DNA of 31,698 bases, taken from Sulfurimonadaceae bacterium (GTDB lineage: Bacteria; Campylobacterota; Campylobacteria; Campylobacterales; Sulfurimonadaceae). Below the pieces are notes generated by a model. The model was not told where the DNA came from. It ran no database searches and saw only the letters and a list, made by a program, of their open reading frames with translations. This document shows positions 27,672 to 31,698 of this stretch, piece after piece. The stretch is taken from assembly GCA_041548245.1 (NCBI GenBank), contig JBFESZ010000014.1, positions 1 through 31,698 of the forward strand, in the 5' to 3' direction. Both the position numbers and the translations under genes were made by a program. Numbering within the stretch: the stretch's first letter is position 1; each line of letters starts with the position of its first letter.

Positions 27672-28646
27672 ATGGTCAAGATAGAAGCTGAGACCTTAGA
27701 AAGCGCCTATTCAAAGGCGGCTGAAAAATTGTCATGTTCTATTACACAACTCAATATTGAAGTGATTCAAACGCCAAAAAATGGGATTTTCGGGCTTTTT
27801 AAAAAACGGGCTATTATTGTTGCGACTTCAAATGCCATCGAGGAGCCTAAAAAAGCTGTACAGACTTCAGAAGATACAATATCCGAAGAGAAAGAACCTG
27901 CTGTCCAGACATATAATCATAATAAAGCACAAAGAGTTAGGTCTACTAAAAAAGAGATGTCTAGACATAGTGATATCATTCTGCCCGAATCGTTTGTAAC
28001 GGATCAGGAAGATGATTATGATGGCGCAGATCTTTATGCGGATGAAGATGACGAGATATACATAGGGGAAGAGACACAGATATGTGAAAAGTCCCATGAT
28101 GAGATTCATGAGCAACTCGCAAGTACCTATACTACCTCTAAGCACTCTTACGGGATGGACAATTTTTTTGAAGAGTGTTGTAAACCGAGTGAAGTGGCTT
28201 CAGAGATCAAAGAAAGCATAGACAGGTTATTCCAACATGCCTGTTTTGATATTGATGATATTAAAGTCTGTGAATATGACGAGAAGACGATTTTAGTCGA
28301 GTTTACCGGAAAGGATGCCGCTTTATTGATAGGAAAAGAAGGCTATCGGTATAAAGCACTATCTTATATGCTATATAACTGGATTAATGCAAAATATCAG
28401 TTACAGCTTCGTCTGGAGATTGCAGAGTTCTTGAAAAATCAAGAAGAGATGATCTGTAAGTATCTTGAAGGCGTCAATGAGAGTATAGACCGTGACGGTC
28501 GTGCTCAGACAAAGATCCTTGATGGCGTGCTTGTGCAGATTGCACTTCGTGAACTTCGTGCTTCGTATCCGGATAAGTATGTAGCTATTCGTTCAACTCG
28601 CGATGGTGCAAAGTTTATCATCGTGAATTCGTTTAATAATAACTAA
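27672..28646 (+). CDS. jag: Jag/EloR-family protein (Jag_N domain, acidic linker, KH-like domain)
   Basis: N-terminal IEVIQ.PK.GIFGLFKK, KH-like ALLIGKEG; canonical position between yidC and mnmE. Confidence 0.85.
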   Translation: MVKIEAETLESAYSKAAEKLSCSITQLNIEVIQTPKNGIFGLFKKRAIIVATSNAIEEPKKAVQTSEDTISEEKEPAVQTYNHNKAQRVRSTKKEMSRHSDIILPESFVTDQEDDYDGADLYADEDDEIYIGEETQICEKSHDEIHEQLASTYTTSKHSYGMDNFFEECCKPSEVASEIKESIDRLFQHACFDIDDIKVCEYDEKTILVEFTGKDAALLIGKEGYRYKALSYMLYNWINAKYQLQLRLEIAEFLKNQEEMICKYLEGVNESIDRDGRAQTKILDGVLVQIALRELRASYPDKYVAIRSTRDGAKFIIVNSFNNN

Positions 28647-28650
28647 CACG

Positions 28651-29994
28651 ATGAACGATACAATTGCAGCCGTTGCGACCGCGCATGGTATCGGTTCCAT
28701 CTCCATCATTCGTCTAAGCGGTAAGGATTCTCTTCCTATCGCAAATAAACTTTCTAAGAAAGATAGCTTCAAACCCCGAAATGCAACCCTGACGCCTTTG
28801 TATAACACAAATGATGAATTGATCGATGAAGCGATTATTATCTATTTTAAAGGACCCAATTCATTTACGGCAGAGGACATTGTCGAGTTTCAATGCCATG
28901 GTGGTAAGATCGTCGCTGAACAGGTCTTGCAAGCTGTTTTACAAGAGGGCGCACGTCTTGCTGAACCGGGCGAGTTTTCTAAGAGAGCTTTTTTGAATGG
29001 ACGTATCGACCTGACAGAAGCTGAGGCAATCGCCCAGCTGATAGAGGCGAAGAGTGAAGATGCGGCAAAGATCCTGGCCAAACAGATGAAGGGTGAGCTC
29101 AAAGGATATGTCGAAAGTGTACGTGATGAGCTTATTAATATATTGGCGTATTCAGAGGTCACTATTGACTATGCGGAAGAGGACCTACCTCAAGACCTGA
29201 TCGATCAGATACTCGAACGTCTTGACAAACTGCATATCCAACTCTCGGACACGCTGCAGGCCAGTCAAAGCCGTGCCGGTCTAATGCAGGGCTTTAAAGT
29301 TGCCATAATTGGCAAACCGAATGTAGGGAAAAGCTCTTTGTTGAATGCTCTTTTAAACTACAAAAGAGCCATTGTTTCAGATATAGCCGGTACGACCCGC
29401 GATACGATTGAAGAAGAAGTCAAGATCGGTACCCATCTTATTCGGATGGTGGATACAGCGGGCATTAGAAATGCCAATGATGAGATCGAACGTATTGGGA
29501 TCGAGCGAAGTATCGAAGCCATTGAACAAAGTGATATCGTCATTACTCTGTTTGACAACTCACGTATCTTTGATGAAGAGGATGCAAAGATACTCTCTTT
29601 AATTGAAGAGCATAGAGAAAAAAAATCTTTTATTGTATTACTTAACAAGACAGATCTTGAGTCTAAGTTTGACAAGCAGCAGATAGGAAGGTATTCGCCT
29701 ATTGAGCTGAGTTGTAAAGAGAGCGCACGGGAGTTGATTGCTGCCCTTGAGAATATCATGGACAGAAAGAACATATCGGATGAGATGATGTTGATATCCG
29801 CCCGTCAAGTCAATGCTGTCCAAAAAGCTTTAAATGAGATAGAAGAAGCGAGGTTCCCTTTGGAAGAGCAGGAGTTGGAAATCTTCTCTTTCCATATGAA
29901 CATGGCTATTACAGAAGTCTCGTCAATTACCCGACCCTATGAACACTCTGAGATGCTTGACAAGATGTTCGGAAACTTCTGTTTAGGAAAATAG
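28651..29994 (+). CDS. mnmE: tRNA modification GTPase MnmE (TrmE)
   Basis: DTIAAVAT, PGEFSKRAFLNG, GKPNVGKSS, GTTRD, DTAG, NKTD and C-terminal FCLGK. Confidence 0.99.
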   Translation: MNDTIAAVATAHGIGSISIIRLSGKDSLPIANKLSKKDSFKPRNATLTPLYNTNDELIDEAIIIYFKGPNSFTAEDIVEFQCHGGKIVAEQVLQAVLQEGARLAEPGEFSKRAFLNGRIDLTEAEAIAQLIEAKSEDAAKILAKQMKGELKGYVESVRDELINILAYSEVTIDYAEEDLPQDLIDQILERLDKLHIQLSDTLQASQSRAGLMQGFKVAIIGKPNVGKSSLLNALLNYKRAIVSDIAGTTRDTIEEEVKIGTHLIRMVDTAGIRNANDEIERIGIERSIEAIEQSDIVITLFDNSRIFDEEDAKILSLIEEHREKKSFIVLLNKTDLESKFDKQQIGRYSPIELSCKESARELIAALENIMDRKNISDEMMLISARQVNAVQKALNEIEEARFPLEEQELEIFSFHMNMAITEVSSITRPYEHSEMLDKMFGNFCLGK

Positions 29995-30396
29995 ATGAAG
30001 ATCATTGCCATTGACTTGGGCCTAAAACGTATAGGTTTGGCTTATTCTGCCGATAAGAATTTTGTAACGCCACTTGATGCGATTGAGCGAAAAAACAGGA
30101 ATCAGGCCTCGAATGCTGTGAAGGAAGTGATATCCAAGTGGGGTATTGAGGCCATAGTTGTCGGTATTCCTATGGGGGGAAGCAGTGAAGATGAGATGCG
30201 CCGCCGTGTTGAACATTTCATGAGTCTTGTAGATTTTAAGGGGCCTGTCTATTTTCAGGATGAGTCCCATTCATCTCTTGAAGCTGAAGAGTCTATAAAA
30301 GGACTTATCAAGCAGAAAAAAGATGGTCGGATAGACTCTCTCGCTGCCAAGATTATTCTTGAACGTTGGATACTGGCTAATAAAAATATACTTTAA
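29995..30396 (+). CDS. ruvX: YqgF/RuvX putative pre-16S rRNA nuclease
   Basis: AIDLGLKRIGLA, VVGIP, QDES.SS and IDSLAAKIILE motifs. Confidence 0.94.
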   Translation: MKIIAIDLGLKRIGLAYSADKNFVTPLDAIERKNRNQASNAVKEVISKWGIEAIVVGIPMGGSSEDEMRRRVEHFMSLVDFKGPVYFQDESHSSLEAEESIKGLIKQKKDGRIDSLAAKIILERWILANKNIL

Positions 30397-30459
30397 AACT
30401 ATCATCAAGCTTTTTGCAATATAATCTATAGATATCAACATTTGACAAGATAAAGGAAG

Positions 30460-31008
30460 GTGATGAAACGGTATTTTGACATCTTTATAATAGTAGCATC
30501 TTTAAGTACTTTGCTCTCAGCTGAAGGTTTTACTTTAGAAAGCAAAACTATCAAAGGTCAACTCTCCATCAATGAAGTATTTAACGGGTTTGGATGTACA
30601 GGTGAAAACATCTCACCTGAACTTAGCTGGAAAAATCCACCACAGGGAACGAAAAGTTTTGCATTGACTGTGTATGATCCGGATGCACCGACAGGAAGTG
30701 GTTGGTGGCACTGGATAATATTTAATATTCCCAAAGAGACGCTTTCCCTTCAAAGTGGTGCCGGCAACATGGAAAAAGCTTTGTCACCGGAAGGTAGTGT
30801 TCAAAACATCACAGATTATGGTTTTTCAGGATTTGGAGGGGCGTGTCCGCCAAAAGGTGACAAAGCCCATCAATACATTTTTACGATTCATGCATTGGAT
30901 GTAGAAAAACTGGAATTGGATGGAAAACAGTCCGCAGCTATAGCTGGATATTACATTAACGCACATACAATTCAAAAAGCTTCTTTAATCGCGTATTATG
31001 CTCGCTAG
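30460..31008 (+). CDS. YbhB/YbcL-family (PEBP) periplasmic protein
   Basis: Signal peptide, GCTGENISP, YDPDAPTGSGWWHW and GACPP...H.Y motifs; TATAAT at 30420-30425; start GTG 30460 or ATG 30463. Confidence 0.93.
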   Translation: MMKRYFDIFIIVASLSTLLSAEGFTLESKTIKGQLSINEVFNGFGCTGENISPELSWKNPPQGTKSFALTVYDPDAPTGSGWWHWIIFNIPKETLSLQSGAGNMEKALSPEGSVQNITDYGFSGFGGACPPKGDKAHQYIFTIHALDVEKLELDGKQSAAIAGYYINAHTIQKASLIAYYAR

Positions 31009-31108
31009 CATCAGATTTTAATTAGCAGGGTATAAATGCAAGAACCTTCATTGAAGAGTTTTAAACATAGACTTGATGAAGGTTTTAAAAAAACATTATA
31101 TAAAAAGC

Positions 31109-31117
31109 TGTTAAAAT
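31109..31117 (+). promoter_or_regulatory. Extended -10 TGtTAAAAT
   Basis: About 35 nt upstream of ATG 31153; SD GAAGG. Confidence 0.5.
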
Positions 31118-31152
31118 AAAAGTTCGAAATTTTTATTTGAAGGTTTTTATAT

Positions 31153-31479
31153 ATGGTAAACGAAGCCATCTTGCGACAACTTGATTACACTCCCAACGAG
31201 GCTCTTGAAGAACAAGTCAGTCGTATTATCAATAACACACACGCTTTTGAAAAGATAGAAAAACATTTAATTGAACTGCATAAACAACTCAAAGTCGACG
31301 GTTCATATGTCGCTATGTCAAATTCAGAAGACTATTTTAAAATAAAAATAGAAGCGCCAAGTCCTGAGTTGACAGAAGAAGCGCATGAAAAGATTGCCCA
31401 TTGGTCAGAGAAATACAAGGTTCTGACGGCACGCGTAGATAATAAAGACACCTATTATATCAAAGGGTTTGCACACTGA
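31153..31479 (+). CDS. Hypothetical protein
   Basis: 108-aa ORF with SD and promoter, ending 2 nt before the Gre-factor gene. Confidence 0.8.
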   Translation: MVNEAILRQLDYTPNEALEEQVSRIINNTHAFEKIEKHLIELHKQLKVDGSYVAMSNSEDYFKIKIEAPSPELTEEAHEKIAHWSEKYKVLTARVDNKDTYYIKGFAH

Positions 31480-31481
31480 GT

Positions 31482-31698
31482 ATGGATTTTGAACCGATCA
31501 CGCAGATGGGCTTTGATAAACTCACTGAAGAGTTTAAATATCTCAAAGATGTAGAAAAGCCCCGTGTCAATGCCGAAAAGCAAGAAGCCGCGGCTCAAGG
31601 CGATAGAAGCGAAAATGCTGAATACCATGCGGCAAAAGAGAAACTTCGCCATATTGACAAACGCCTCTTTTTTTTAAACAGCCATATACAAAAGAGCA
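31482..31698 (+). CDS. GreA/GreB family transcription elongation factor, 3'-truncated by the window edge
   Basis: Translates MDFEPITQMGFDKLTEEFKYLKDVEKPRV...AAAQGDRSENAEYHAAKEKLRHIDKRL. Confidence 0.93.
   Translation, partial: MDFEPITQMGFDKLTEEFKYLKDVEKPRVNAEKQEAAAQGDRSENAEYHAAKEKLRHIDKRLFFLNSHIQKS

Overview
Chromosomal window from a Campylobacterota (epsilonproteobacterial) genome, probably a free-living Sulfurimonas/Sulfuricurvum-like organism, judged from gene order and protein style. It is mostly housekeeping. First comes the end of the ATP synthase operon (atpA partial, atpG, atpD, atpC) running into tolQ-tolR-tolA-tolB. About 6.5 kb of other genes then separate tolB from pal: a single-domain receiver, a membrane-anchored receiver with a His-less Hpt-like domain, a divergent HemF, a DTW protein, an unknown membrane protein, a B12 radical SAM enzyme and a chorismate mutase. 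Next are pal-cpoB-slyD, a degenerate Fis/NtrC-like protein, fabD, a nitrilase, mtnN and ttcA. An accessory patch follows (orphan histidine kinase, rhodanese, an unlisted 46-aa lipoprotein, a hypothetical protein, a ChaN-like lipoprotein and an outer-membrane protein rich in N-glycosylation sequons). The window ends with mutY/yigZ, rpmH-rnpA-yidD-yidC-jag-mnmE-ruvX, a YbhB/YbcL protein, a hypothetical protein and a partial Gre factor. I see no mobile element, CRISPR array, rRNA or tRNA, and no complete novel system can be proven from the sequence. The best leads are the 20.8-23.6 kb envelope module, the pseudo-Hpt protein, the non-canonical HemF and the mirror-image leaderless promoters of mutY/yigZ. 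All family calls come from motif recognition by eye, not from database searches.
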